64,000 bases of DNA from Alphaproteobacteria bacterium (GCA_965225945.1 CBDDBZ010000025.1:103994-167993), one strand, 5' to 3'. Shown: positions 12,403-22,163, counted from the stretch's first letter. The notes: generated by a model from the sequence alone, not told the origin. A program made the numbers and translations.

Positions 12403-13164
12403 CTATCCGATACCCGCGCGTCGGCGGAAGGCGGGGTCGGCGAGGGAGATCTCCTGGCCGCTCAGGTCGCGCGCCGCCGGGGTGCAAAGATAGACGATGG
12501 CCCGCGCGGGATCGTCGAGCGAACCCAGATTCTCGCGGGGAATCCGGCTTACCGGGTTGATCCCCGAGGCGCGGATTTGCACCTGCATGTCGGTGTCAAC
12601 CGTGCCGGGAGAGAGACCATGGACGCGAATTCCATCGCCGCCGGCCTCCAGCGCCAGCGAGCGCGTCACCATGGCCAAGCCGGCCTTGCCCGCGCAATAG
12701 GCGCTCCAGCCCTCGAGGGGGCGGTGGGCGGCGCCGGAGGACAGGTTGATGATGGTCCCCCGACCGGCCGCGCGCATGGCCGCCAGCACGGCATGAATGC
12801 AGTTGTAGGCACCGATCAGATTGATCTCGATATTGCGGACCCAGGCCGAGGGATCGCCGTCGCCGAGCCGGCCGATCGGCTCGACCACGCCGGCATTGTT
12901 GACCAGTGCCTCGATCGGCCCGAGCCGGTCGCGGGTGGCCCGGACCATGGCCACGACCTGAGCCCAATCGGCGACGTCCGTGGCCATGGCTTCGGCCCGG
13001 CCGCCGGCGTCGCGAATTCGCCGGGCGACGGCCTCGGCCTGGGCGCCGTTGCGGGCCGCGAGCATGACCGCCGCGCTCGCCGCGCCCAAGGCCCTCGCCG
13101 CGGCGGCGCCGATCCCTCGGCTCGCCCCGGTGACGACGACCACTTGCCCGCCCAACCCATCCAT
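12403..13164 (-). CDS. Short-chain dehydrogenase/reductase
   Basis: TGASRGIG, NNAG, SSGAA, YCAGK, PGTVDTDMQ; start set at ATG 13164. Confidence 0.9.
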   Translation of the reverse strand: MDGLGGQVVVVTGASRGIGAAAARALGAASAAVMLAARNGAQAEAVARRIRDAGGRAEAMATDVADWAQVVAMVRATRDRLGPIEALVNNAGVVEPIGRLGDGDPSAWVRNIEINLIGAYNCIHAVLAAMRAAGRGTIINLSSGAAHRPLEGWSAYCAGKAGLAMVTRSLALEAGGDGIRVHGLSPGTVDTDMQVQIRASGINPVSRIPRENLGSLDDPARAIVYLCTPAARDLSGQEISLADPAFRRRAGIG

Positions 13165-13274
13165 ATTCGTCGCTCCCTCGCATTCTCGTCCCTCGGGCGG
13201 CGGCGTATGGCGCCGCATTTTCAGGTCCTTGTCGGTTTCGATTGCCGCGCCGTCCCGCTCGGCGGAGGGCGGGC

Positions 13275-14093
13275 TCAATTCGCGTGGATCCACCAGAGCA
13301 GGCCGCCGCCCAGGATCAGGCGGTAGATCACGAAGATCGTGTAGCTGGAGTGGCGCACCCAGAACATCAGGAAGGCGATGGCGAGCAGCGCCGCGACGAA
13401 GGCCAGCGCACCGGCCACGAGCACGGATATACCGAACTGGAGATCGCCGCTCGCCGCCACCTCGACCGTGGCGTAGCCGCCGGCGGCGAGGATCGCCGGG
13501 ATCGACAGCAGCATCGAGAAGCGCGCCGCCGCCGCCCGCTCCATCCCCAGCAGGCGGCCGCCGATGATGCAGGCGCCGGCCCGGCTGGTGCCCGGAACCA
13601 GCGCGAAACACTGAATCAGGCCGATGAGCAGCGCGCCGCGCCAGGTCAGCTGGTCGAACGCGCCGGTGGTCCGCCCCGTTAGATCGACGGTATAGAGGAC
13701 GGCGGCGAAGACGATGGTGGCCCAGGCGATCACCTCGAGCGAGCGCAGCATCTCGTCGATACCGAAGCGGGTCAGAGCCACGCCGGCGACGATCAGCGGG
13801 ATCGTGCCCACCGCGAGCAGAACCAGGAGCGGCGTGTCCGGCGTCGCCTGGCCGCGGGCCAGCGCCAGGAGCGCGCGCAGCAGGCGGCGAACCTCGTCGC
13901 GGAAATAGATCCCCACCGCCCCGAGGGTGCCGACATGGACGGCGATGTCGAGCTCGATCCCCTGGTCCGGCCACTCGGCGATCACCGGCACCAGGATCAG
14001 ATGGGCCGACGAGCTTATCGGCAGAAATTCGGTGATGCCCTGGACCAGCGCCAGGACGACAATCTGCACCAGCCCGACCGGACCTTCCGCCAT
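13275..14093 (-). CDS. uppP: Undecaprenyl-diphosphate phosphatase
   Basis: QGITEFLPISSSAH, PGTSRAG, AARFSMLLSIP; polytopic. Confidence 0.95.
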   Translation of the reverse strand: MAEGPVGLVQIVVLALVQGITEFLPISSSAHLILVPVIAEWPDQGIELDIAVHVGTLGAVGIYFRDEVRRLLRALLALARGQATPDTPLLVLLAVGTIPLIVAGVALTRFGIDEMLRSLEVIAWATIVFAAVLYTVDLTGRTTGAFDQLTWRGALLIGLIQCFALVPGTSRAGACIIGGRLLGMERAAAARFSMLLSIPAILAAGGYATVEVAASGDLQFGISVLVAGALAFVAALLAIAFLMFWVRHSSYTIFVIYRLILGGGLLWWIHAN

Positions 14094-14192
14094 GGTGTCC
14101 CCTCGTTGGCGCCGTTACCGTCGCATTCGGCAGCGTCCGGTGTTCTTCCTAAGTCCTTTATACCACGGGGATTCTGGTCCGACTCGCGGAAT

Positions 14193-14978
14193 TTAATCTC
14201 GATTTGACTCGATAGCCGCTAGACATGCCGTGTCGACGACGAGTTCGCGGAGCAGGCGGCGGAGATCGCCGAAATTTTCGAAGGTCGCGTCGGGCGCCGC
14301 CTCGCCCGCGCCGATCGAGACCTCGGGGCGGCGCATCTGCAGCGCCGTGATGCCGAAGCCGCGGGCGCCCTGGATATCTTTCACCGGATCGTCGCCGATC
14401 ATCCAGACCTCGGCCGGCGAGACGCCGAGCTTGTCGATCACCAGCCGGAAGGGCGCGAAGGCCGGCTTGTCGGCACCCGCCTCCTCCGAGGTCACGACGA
14501 AGTCGAAGGCCCCCTCGAGGCCGAAGTAGATCAGCTTGCGGAACTGGATTTGGGCGGTGAGGTCGGTGAGGACCGCCGTCGCGATCCCGGCGCTCCGGAG
14601 GTCGCGGACAAAGTCGTCGACCTCCGCGAACAAGCGCGCATGCGCCAGAAAGGCCCGCCAGTAGGTCTGCTCCAGGTCCAGGCTGGTCAGCGGCCGGCTC
14701 TTCATGCCGAGTAATTCGACGGCGCGGTGGTAGTAGAGCAATCGGTTGTGGGAGCTCGCGGTATCGCCCAACTGCGACTTCACCGCCGCGCGCCCTCGTG
14801 CCACCGCCTCGCGGAACGCCCCTCGCTCGACGCCCAGCAATTGGACCGCCTTCTCCTCGACGATCTCGCTCGCCGCCTCATGCGCGGGTGCGTAGGCGTA
14901 AAGGGTGTCGTCGAAATCGAGGATCACCGCGGCCGGCGCCTTGGCCAGCGCATCCGGGGTCAATCGCTTCACCGCCAT
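14193..14978 (-). CDS. HAD family hydrolase (phosphatase)
   Basis: DFDDTLY motif I, SEEAGADKP, MIGDDPVKDI; overlaps the stop of the upstream gene. Confidence 0.9.
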   Translation of the reverse strand: MAVKRLTPDALAKAPAAVILDFDDTLYAYAPAHEAASEIVEEKAVQLLGVERGAFREAVARGRAAVKSQLGDTASSHNRLLYYHRAVELLGMKSRPLTSLDLEQTYWRAFLAHARLFAEVDDFVRDLRSAGIATAVLTDLTAQIQFRKLIYFGLEGAFDFVVTSEEAGADKPAFAPFRLVIDKLGVSPAEVWMIGDDPVKDIQGARGFGITALQMRRPEVSIGAGEAAPDATFENFGDLRRLLRELVVDTACLAAIESNRD

Positions 14979-17050
14979 GTTCGGTCCCTCAACGCTTGCT
15001 CGATCTCGACCAAGGTGACGAGCTGCATGATACCGCCCATTCGCCCGCTCCATGTCGGCGAGCGGTCCAACAGCTCGTCAAGCCGGGGTACCAGCATTTG
15101 CGCGGCGAGCGCGATATCCGCCGCCGCCACCTCGCCGTCGACCGTGAAGGCGACCGTGGCCTCGTGGTCGATCTCCTCGACATCGACCCTGAGGCCGCAG
15201 ACCCCGATCAGGACTCGCGACAACTGTTCGTAGTAGAGCCCTTCGCGCAGCCGGACGTGCAGCTTCACCCGGGTTTCGTCGATTCCCCGCTCGTCGCGGA
15301 GCATATCGGGGTGGACCGGCAGGAGGGTGAAGACGAGGTCGGCGTGGCGTGCCTGGGGCTGGATGTAACGCGCGCCGTCAGGTCGGCGGCGTTCGATCGA
15401 GGCGGTGACCGCCGCCGGATCATGCCCGCGCTCGCCGACGTCGCGGGCGATCTTCCAATGGCGACGCAGGTCTTCCTCGGTGGCGACGAAGATGGCGAGG
15501 TCGAGGCGGCTCCGGAGCTCCGGCGGATAGAGCGTGTGCAAGCCGGAGACGATGACCACGTCGTTCGGCGGGATCACCTCGGGCGCCGTGAACCGCCCGG
15601 TGGCGTGATCGTAGCGCCGGGCGACGACCCGGCGACCCTCGATCATGCCGAGCGCGTCCTCGGTGAACCGCCGGAGGTCGTTGGCGCGTGGGTCGAGATG
15701 GGTCAGCGCGCGCCACATCGGCTCCTGCCGTTCCCAGTTGTGATAGTCGTCGCCGGTGACATGGGTCACCGCCCGCTCGCCGAAGAGCCCGGCGATCGCC
15801 AACGCCAATGTGCTCTTGCCGGTGCCGGAATCGCCGGCAATGCCGATCGCCAGCGGGCGGCGGCCGAGCCGGTGGAAGTCGTTGCCGGTGATCCCGCGCC
15901 GGTACATGCCCACCGCCAACACGACCCCGAGCGCGGTGACCAGGGTGAGCCAGAGCGAGCGCGCGTGCGGCGTCACATGGGCGGCGAACTCCGCCCCCTG
16001 CCAGGTGTAGTCGAGGCCGAGGAACGGCACCCCGGCGCCCTGCGAATAGAGCAGGTGATAGGGGATCAGCAGCAGCGCGAAGACGCTGGTCAGGAAGACG
16101 GCGTTGCCGCCCACTCGGAGCTGGTGGAGGGCGAGGAAAGGCAGCACCCAGAGGTACCAGCCGACCGAGGCCGGCGTCATCAAGACGACGACGACGAAGA
16201 CGACGCCGAGGATCGCCAACAGCAGCTCGAAATTCTGCCGGCGAAACCGCCAGACGACGTAGAGCACCAGGAGATAGACCAAGGGCGTCAGATAGATGCC
16301 GAGGCCCGGCGCGAGGTCGATCGAGAGCTGATAGACCTTGCCGATCTCACGGCTGCCGAAGACCATCTGGGTGAAGCCGGGCGAGAGTAGCCAAGGCCCC
16401 TGGGCCGCCAGCAAGGTGGCGGCGGCGGCGGCGGCGAAGGGGATCGCCAGGTCGCGCGTCCGCTTGTTGACCCAGAGGTAGAGCAGCAGGAAGGGTGCCG
16501 CGAGCACCATCGACAGCTTGGCGACGATGGCGAGGCCGGTGGCGATGCCGGCGGCATGCGGCCTGGCGCTCTTCAGATAGAGCAGCGCGCCGAGCAGAAA
16601 GGCGACCGGCACCACGTCGGTCTGGCCGTGCCAATAGGTGATGTAGAAGGAGAAGGGCGAAAGCCAGTAGAAGATCAGGATCTCGCGCGGACGGTCGTCG
16701 ACGATTCGGGTCAGCAACAGCAGTGCCCAGACGTCGGCGAACAACAGGCTCGCGCGGAATCCGACGCCGGCCAGATAGTCGATATTCAGCAGTTGATCGG
16801 CCAGCATCCCGACGGCGACCGACGGCAGGTGCGCCAGCAGCATAACGGTGCCATAGGGAAAGGCGAGCGCATCGCCGCCCTGGGCGATGAAGTCGGTCCA
16901 GGGGTCCGCGCTCGGCGAGGTCACCAGGAATTGGACGAAGGGCAGGAACCATTCTCGCTGCACCTCCGGCACCACCAGGGCGACGAGCAGCAGCTTCGCC
17001 ACCAAGCCCGCCCGGAAGAGCGGCTGTCGCGAGAGCGCCTTCAGGTCCAT
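14969..17050 (-). CDS. Polytopic GT-C-like membrane protein fused to phosphoribulokinase/uridine kinase-like P-loop domain
   Basis: About 10 hydrophobic segments with FPYG, YWLSP..YITYWHGQTD, GWYLW motifs; then IGIAGDSGTGKST, DDYH, LDPRAN, YDHATGRFTAP, GLH. Confidence 0.8.
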   Translation of the reverse strand: MDLKALSRQPLFRAGLVAKLLLVALVVPEVQREWFLPFVQFLVTSPSADPWTDFIAQGGDALAFPYGTVMLLAHLPSVAVGMLADQLLNIDYLAGVGFRASLLFADVWALLLLTRIVDDRPREILIFYWLSPFSFYITYWHGQTDVVPVAFLLGALLYLKSARPHAAGIATGLAIVAKLSMVLAAPFLLLYLWVNKRTRDLAIPFAAAAAATLLAAQGPWLLSPGFTQMVFGSREIGKVYQLSIDLAPGLGIYLTPLVYLLVLYVVWRFRRQNFELLLAILGVVFVVVVLMTPASVGWYLWVLPFLALHQLRVGGNAVFLTSVFALLLIPYHLLYSQGAGVPFLGLDYTWQGAEFAAHVTPHARSLWLTLVTALGVVLAVGMYRRGITGNDFHRLGRRPLAIGIAGDSGTGKSTLALAIAGLFGERAVTHVTGDDYHNWERQEPMWRALTHLDPRANDLRRFTEDALGMIEGRRVVARRYDHATGRFTAPEVIPPNDVVIVSGLHTLYPPELRSRLDLAIFVATEEDLRRHWKIARDVGERGHDPAAVTASIERRRPDGARYIQPQARHADLVFTLLPVHPDMLRDERGIDETRVKLHVRLREGLYYEQLSRVLIGVCGLRVDVEEIDHEATVAFTVDGEVAAADIALAAQMLVPRLDELLDRSPTWSGRMGGIMQLVTLVEIEQALRDRTWR

Positions 17051-17081
17051 CACGGCAAGCCTGGCGCGCGCGAGCTTCGGA

Positions 17082-17666
17082 TCAGCGCCAAAGCTCGGGC
17101 GCCTTGGTGCAGACCGCCTCGGCCCGGATGCCGCGGTTCGCCAGCAGTCGCCGCATGTCGGCGATTTCGGAGGTCTCGCGCCCCTGCAATTCGGGCGAGA
17201 CCAGGCAGAGGCGGAAACCGGCGGCCTGCAATGATTCGGCCTCAGCACGGCACAGCGGGAACTTGGTGAAACAGTCGACCCAGGCCCACTCGATCATGCC
17301 GGCGAGCGCCAGCGCGGTATCGAGCGTCTCGTATTCCGACACGCGGACGGCGCAGCGCCTCTCGCCCGCCCGTGCGGTGCGGATCAAGAATGGGAAGGAC
17401 TGGTCGAGGAAGAAGAAATTTTCAATTCCCTCGGCCGCCACCGCCGCCAGCACGTGCGTCTCCAGCCCTTCTTCCTTGACGTTCAGGATCAAGGTGCCGT
17501 GCGCATAGGCTTGAAGCCAGTCCTCGAACCGCTCACCGACGACGAAGGGGTCGTGGTGGATCACCAAGTCGTCGCCCTGGCTGCGGATGTCGACTTCGAT
17601 GCCGAGCTCGCGCGGTGTCGCCTCCAGCTCGGCCCGGGTGTTGCGGCGATGGCGGATCAGGATCAT
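17082..17666 (-). CDS. Small glycerophosphodiester phosphodiesterase/PI-PLC-like protein
   Basis: HRRN, GIEVDIR, HHDPF, LNVKEEGLE, RVSEYE, WVDCF, VSPELQGR; ATGA overlap with GT2. Confidence 0.7.
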   Translation of the reverse strand: MILIRHRRNTRAELEATPRELGIEVDIRSQGDDLVIHHDPFVVGERFEDWLQAYAHGTLILNVKEEGLETHVLAAVAAEGIENFFFLDQSFPFLIRTARAGERRCAVRVSEYETLDTALALAGMIEWAWVDCFTKFPLCRAEAESLQAAGFRLCLVSPELQGRETSEIADMRRLLANRGIRAEAVCTKAPELWR

Positions 17667-18376
17667 GCGGCTTCCCTCAAGCGCCGGCGGAGTTCCAGGC
17701 TGTAGCTCATGGTGCGGTGGATGAAGCGCGCCTTGGCCTTCCAGTCGACGTTCCAGCGCGAGATGCCGTGCGCCCGCGGGCCGAAGCGGACGGGAAAGCG
17801 CCGCACCTCCAGGCCGGCGATCCGGGCCTGATAATAGGCGTAGAGATCGAGCGAGAAATCCCCCGGCGGCGCCCGCCAGCTCTCGAAGAAGGCGCGGGGG
17901 AACATGGTCGGTTGGGCGTTGATGTCCCACATCGCGCGCGCCAGCAGCATGGTCTCGAAGGCGGCCATGCCCACAGTGAAGGCGACGTCGGCCAGCGGCC
18001 GGCCGAAGCGGCGGCCCTTGACGAAAAGCTGCTCGGGCCGCACCGCCGCCTCGAACAGCGCCAGGCCCCTGAGCGCGTCCTCCGGATCGGTCTGCATATC
18101 GGCGTGGGTCCAGGCGAGGATGTCGCCCTTGGCCACGGCGAGCCCGGCGAGGACGCCGTTGCCGTAGCCCTGGTTGATCTCGACGCGGGTGGTTTCGAGG
18201 AAGCCGTGTTCCCGCGCCGCGGCCGCCAGAATCGCGTCGCTGCCGTCGGCGGAGCCGTTGTCCACCAGCACGACCTCGACGTCGTCATGGCCCATCACCT
18301 CGGCCAGGCGGCCGATCAGCAGCGGCAGGTTGGCCGCCTCGTTGTAGCAGGGGATGACCAGCGACAGGGCCGTCAC
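17663..18376 (-). CDS. Glycosyltransferase family 2 (polyprenol-phosphate glycosyltransferase/DPM1-like)
   Basis: SLVIPCYNE, VDNGSADGS, NQGYG, HADMQTDP, R.HG.S.W. Confidence 0.9.
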   Translation of the reverse strand: MTALSLVIPCYNEAANLPLLIGRLAEVMGHDDVEVVLVDNGSADGSDAILAAAAREHGFLETTRVEINQGYGNGVLAGLAVAKGDILAWTHADMQTDPEDALRGLALFEAAVRPEQLFVKGRRFGRPLADVAFTVGMAAFETMLLARAMWDINAQPTMFPRAFFESWRAPPGDFSLDLYAYYQARIAGLEVRRFPVRFGPRAHGISRWNVDWKAKARFIHRTMSYSLELRRRLREAA

Positions 18377-18619
18377 GGGCGACCTCCGGGCAAGCACCGC
18401 GAATCGCGGACCAAGGGTAGCATATCGACGCTGACGAGCCGCCACTCGGCACCCTTCGTCTCGAGGGTGTGGGATCGCCCGGGTCCAAGGGCAAAGAGGT
18501 CACCGTGAGATGATGGGCGCACGCCGCGCCTCGCGATTGCTGCTCGAGGACTCCCGGACGTCGGAGGCGATAGACTGGCCTCGGACCAACGCGCCCGAGT
18601 TGCGGGGAGATCGCCTTTC

Positions 18620-19852
18620 ATGTCGATGCTGGTAATCGAGAACTGTCGGCTGCTGGATCCCGCCCGGGGCGAGGCGGTCGAGCGGGCCCATGTGCTGGTG
18701 GAAGACGACCGCATCCGCGAAATCGCCACCAGGCGGATCCGCGCCGGCCGGATCCGGCGCCTGAACGCCGAGGGCCGCACGCTGATCCCGGGCTTGATCG
18801 ACGCTCATGTCCACCTCATCGCCACCAGCCTCGACCTCGGCCAGATCGATCGGGAAAGCGCAATGCTGACCGGCGCCCGCGCGCGGCTGATCATGGAGGC
18901 CATGCTGGACCGCGGCTTCACCACGGTGCGCGACGCGGGCGGCGCCGATTGGGGCCTCGCCAAGGCGGTCGAGGCCGGCCTGATCCGGGGCCCCCGCGTC
19001 TTCTTCGCCGGCCATGCCTTGAGCCAGACCGGCGGTCACGGCGATTTTCGCCCCCTCACCTGGTCGGGCGACGGTTGCCCGGCCTGCGCCGGCGAGACCT
19101 TCGCCGTCATCGCCGATGGGGTCGACGCGGTGCGCAAGGCGGCCAGGGAGGAGCTGCGCCGCGGCGCGCACCAGATCAAGATCATGGCCTCGGGTGGCGT
19201 CGCCTCGCCCAGCGATCCGATCTGGAACCTGCAGTATTCGGAGGAGGAGATCGCCGCCGCCGTCTGGGAGGCCAAGTCGTGGAAGACTTACGTCATGGCG
19301 CACGCCTATACGCCCGAGGCGATCGGGCGCGCCGTCCGCCTCGGCGTCCGCTCGATCGAGCACGGCAACCTGCTCGACGGCGACACCGCCCGGCTGATGG
19401 CCAGCCGGGGCGCCTTCCTGGTGCCGACGCTCGCCACCTACGAGGCGCTGGCGCGGGACGGTGAACGATTGGGCTTCCCCGCCGCCTCGATCGCCAAGAT
19501 CGAGGACGTGCGCGAAGTCGGCCTGCGCAGCCTGGAGATCGCCCGCGAGGCCGGCGTCGAGACCGGCTACGGCACCGACCTCCTGGGCGCATGCCACGAG
19601 CATCAGTCCGACGAGTTCACCATCCGCGCTCGGGTCTTGGCGCCGCTGGAGGTGCTGCGGAGCGCCACCTCGACCAATGCCCGGCTGCTGAACCGGGCCG
19701 GCGAGCTCGGCACCATCGCCGAGGGCGCAATCGCCGATCTGTTGCTGGTCGACGGCGATCCCTTGCGCGATTTGGCCCTGTTGCAGGGCCAAGGCCGGCA
19801 CCTGAGCCTGATCATGCAGGGCGGGCGACTCCACAAATCGACCTTGGACTAG
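18620..19852 (+). CDS. Amidohydrolase family protein (Xaa-Pro dipeptidase-like)
   Basis: PGLIDAHVH, GFTTVRDAGG, SQTGGHGD, KIMASGGVASP, AHAY, SIEHGN, GTDLLG. Confidence 0.9.
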   Translation: MSMLVIENCRLLDPARGEAVERAHVLVEDDRIREIATRRIRAGRIRRLNAEGRTLIPGLIDAHVHLIATSLDLGQIDRESAMLTGARARLIMEAMLDRGFTTVRDAGGADWGLAKAVEAGLIRGPRVFFAGHALSQTGGHGDFRPLTWSGDGCPACAGETFAVIADGVDAVRKAAREELRRGAHQIKIMASGGVASPSDPIWNLQYSEEEIAAAVWEAKSWKTYVMAHAYTPEAIGRAVRLGVRSIEHGNLLDGDTARLMASRGAFLVPTLATYEALARDGERLGFPAASIAKIEDVREVGLRSLEIAREAGVETGYGTDLLGACHEHQSDEFTIRARVLAPLEVLRSATSTNARLLNRAGELGTIAEGAIADLLLVDGDPLRDLALLQGQGRHLSLIMQGGRLHKSTLD

Positions 19853-19866
19853 GGAGACGGCGCGTC

Positions 19867-21483
19867 ATGGCGAAGCTGCGAAAAGCGATGATCTCGGCCG
19901 CCCAGCCGGAGGCGGTGGAGGCCGGCGCGGTGGTGCTGCAAAGGGGCGGCAACGCGGTCGACGCGGCGATGGCCTGCGCCCTGGTACAGGGCGTGGTCGA
20001 TCCGCAGATGTGCGGCATCGCCGGCTTCGGCAGCCTGCAGGTCCATCTGCCCGAGCGCGGCGTCCATGAATGCATCGACTTCCACGGCAAGACACCCGCC
20101 GCCGCCACCGAGGGCATGTGGGAGAAGCTGGTCATCAGCGAAACGCGGGACGGCTTCGGCTTCATCCTGGAGGGCCGGGTGAACGAGGTCGGCCATCAGT
20201 CGATTACCGTGCCCGGCAGCCTCTTGGCCTACCACGAGGCGCAGAGCGAATGGGGTACCTGGGACTGGGCCGATATCGTCCAGCCGGCGATAGAGCAGGC
20301 CGAGCGAGGCTTTGCCGTCCGCCCCCACGTCTACAATTGGTGGACCGAGCCGGGCCTCTTCGACCGACTGGAGACGACCGATAGGCTGCGTCACACCGAG
20401 GACGGGCGGCGGATCTATTTCCATCCCGACGGCACGCTCAAGCGGCCGGGCGAGCGGGTCGAGAACCCCGACATGGCGCGCACGCTGCGGCGGATCGCCG
20501 ATGGCGGGGCCGAGGTCTTCTATAGCGGCGAGATCGCCGAGGAGATCGTGGCCGACATGAAGGCGAACGGGGGCCTGCTGAGCGCCCGGGACCTCGCCGA
20601 CTTTCGCACCACGCGCACGGCGCCGCTGCGGGGCACCTACCGGGATTTCGAGATCGCCACCAACCAGCCCCCCGGCGGCGGCATCATGGTGCTGCAGATG
20701 CTGAACACGCTGGAGAATTTCGATCTCGCCAGCCTCGGCCACAACGCGGCGGAATACCTGCGCGTCGTCGCCGAGGCGATGAAGCTCGCCACCATCGACA
20801 AGGAGGCCCGCGTGGGCGATCCCGCCTTCGTCGAGGTGCCGGTCGAGGAGCTGTGCGGCAAGGCCTACGCGGCCGAGCTCGCGACGCGGATCCGGCTCAG
20901 GCAGAAGGCGCACGTGAGCCGGCTCCAGGGCCCGGCGGAATCCAAGCAGACCACCCAGGTCTCGGTCGTCGACCGGGACGGCAACGCGGTCTCGATGACC
21001 CATTCCCTCGGCATGCCGTCGGGCGTGATCACGCCGGGTTTGGGCTTCATGTACAACGGCTGCATGTCGGTGTTCGATCCCCGGCCGGGCCGGGCCGGCT
21101 CGATCGCGCCGGGCAAGAGCCGCTTCAGCGCCATCTGCCCCTCGATGGTCTTCCGTGACGGCGAGACCCGCCTCGTCATCGGCGCGCCGGGCGGCACCCA
21201 GATCGTCATGGGCGTGTTGCAGGCGATGCTCAACGTCTTGGAGTTCGACATGGGAATCGTCGAGGCCATCGTGGCGCCGCGCTTCTCCGCCACCAGCGAC
21301 GTGCTCGAGGTCTCCAACCGCATCCCGCGCTACGTGACCGACGTGCTGAAGGGGCAGGGCTACGAGATCGGCCGCTCTCACCTGAGCTATCCCTTCGCCG
21401 GCGTGCACGGCATTCGGATCGACGACGGCATGCCCACCGGCTTCGCCGACCCCAACCACGACGGCATGGCGCTGGGCGTGTGA
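19867..21483 (+). CDS. ggt: Gamma-glutamyltransferase family protein (cytoplasmic)
   Basis: GGNAVDAA, TVPG, FY.GEIA, QTTQVSVVD (Thr nucleophile), GAPGG; no signal peptide. Confidence 0.9.
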   Translation: MAKLRKAMISAAQPEAVEAGAVVLQRGGNAVDAAMACALVQGVVDPQMCGIAGFGSLQVHLPERGVHECIDFHGKTPAAATEGMWEKLVISETRDGFGFILEGRVNEVGHQSITVPGSLLAYHEAQSEWGTWDWADIVQPAIEQAERGFAVRPHVYNWWTEPGLFDRLETTDRLRHTEDGRRIYFHPDGTLKRPGERVENPDMARTLRRIADGGAEVFYSGEIAEEIVADMKANGGLLSARDLADFRTTRTAPLRGTYRDFEIATNQPPGGGIMVLQMLNTLENFDLASLGHNAAEYLRVVAEAMKLATIDKEARVGDPAFVEVPVEELCGKAYAAELATRIRLRQKAHVSRLQGPAESKQTTQVSVVDRDGNAVSMTHSLGMPSGVITPGLGFMYNGCMSVFDPRPGRAGSIAPGKSRFSAICPSMVFRDGETRLVIGAPGGTQIVMGVLQAMLNVLEFDMGIVEAIVAPRFSATSDVLEVSNRIPRYVTDVLKGQGYEIGRSHLSYPFAGVHGIRIDDGMPTGFADPNHDGMALGV

Positions 21484-21542
21484 TACCAAACGACGTAAGT
21501 CCCGACCGCCCCGCCGTGGCGGTCGAGATTGGACGCCATCAC

Positions 21543-22163
21543 CTATCCGTATACGAACAACAGGACGGCGACGATGATCACCAGACCGGTGACCCAGATC
21601 CAGGTCGGCAATCCCTCGCGTATCGGCGCGGGCGCCGCGAGCGGCGTCTCGAGCGCGTCCTCCTCGAGCGTGGGCGGCGCGGCCCCCGGGGCGAGGGCGG
21701 CCGGCGTCACGGCCGCGGCGGGCACCTGGGCCGCCCGCGCGCTGAAGCTGGTGAAGAACTCGTCGGCGAGCTTGCGGGCGGTGCCGTCGATCAGGCGCGA
21801 GCCGAGCTGGGCCAGCTTGCCGCCGACGGCGGCCTGGGCCTGGTAGCTCAGGATCGTCATGTCGCCGTCCTCGTCGAGCCTCACCTTGGCGCCGCCCTTG
21901 GCGAAGCCGGCCGCGCCCCCCTTGCCCTCACCAGTGATGGTGTAGCTGTTCGGTGGATCGAGCTCGGAGAGCGTGACCTCGCCCTTGAACTTGACCTTCA
22001 CCGGGCCGACCTTGGAGGTCACCGTGGCCTCGAAATGGGTGTCGTCCTTCTTCTCGAGGGTGTCGCAACCCGGGATACAGTCCTTCAAGACAGCCGGATC
22101 GTTGAGCGCCGCCCACACCTGCATCCGGCTAGCCGGAATGCGATATTCGCCGGTCAGTTCCAT
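21543..22163 (-). CDS. coxG: CoxG/SRPBCC family protein with C-terminal TM anchor
   Basis: VWAALNDP.VL..CIPGC, KVGPVK, GEGKGG.AGFAKG, VGGKLAQLGSRLID. Confidence 0.85.
   Translation of the reverse strand: MELTGEYRIPASRMQVWAALNDPAVLKDCIPGCDTLEKKDDTHFEATVTSKVGPVKVKFKGEVTLSELDPPNSYTITGEGKGGAAGFAKGGAKVRLDEDGDMTILSYQAQAAVGGKLAQLGSRLIDGTARKLADEFFTSFSARAAQVPAAAVTPAALAPGAAPPTLEEDALETPLAAPAPIREGLPTWIWVTGLVIIVAVLLFVYG

Noticed and set aside
12380-12403. gpsA absent after tsaD
   Set aside because: Simple synteny break; the gene is probably elsewhere and nothing further can be inferred from this window
10308-13974. Extended versions of hemC (606 aa), tsaD (461 aa) and the SDR (523 aa)
   Set aside because: Extensions overlap neighbouring real genes and are high-GC stop-poor artefacts; starts were reset to the family N-termini
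14969-15850. Calvin-cycle phosphoribulokinase implying autotrophy
   Set aside because: Fused to a membrane domain in a glycosylation cassette, with no cbb genes nearby
21543-22163. CO dehydrogenase operon
   Set aside because: Only coxG is present; no coxL/M/S in the window
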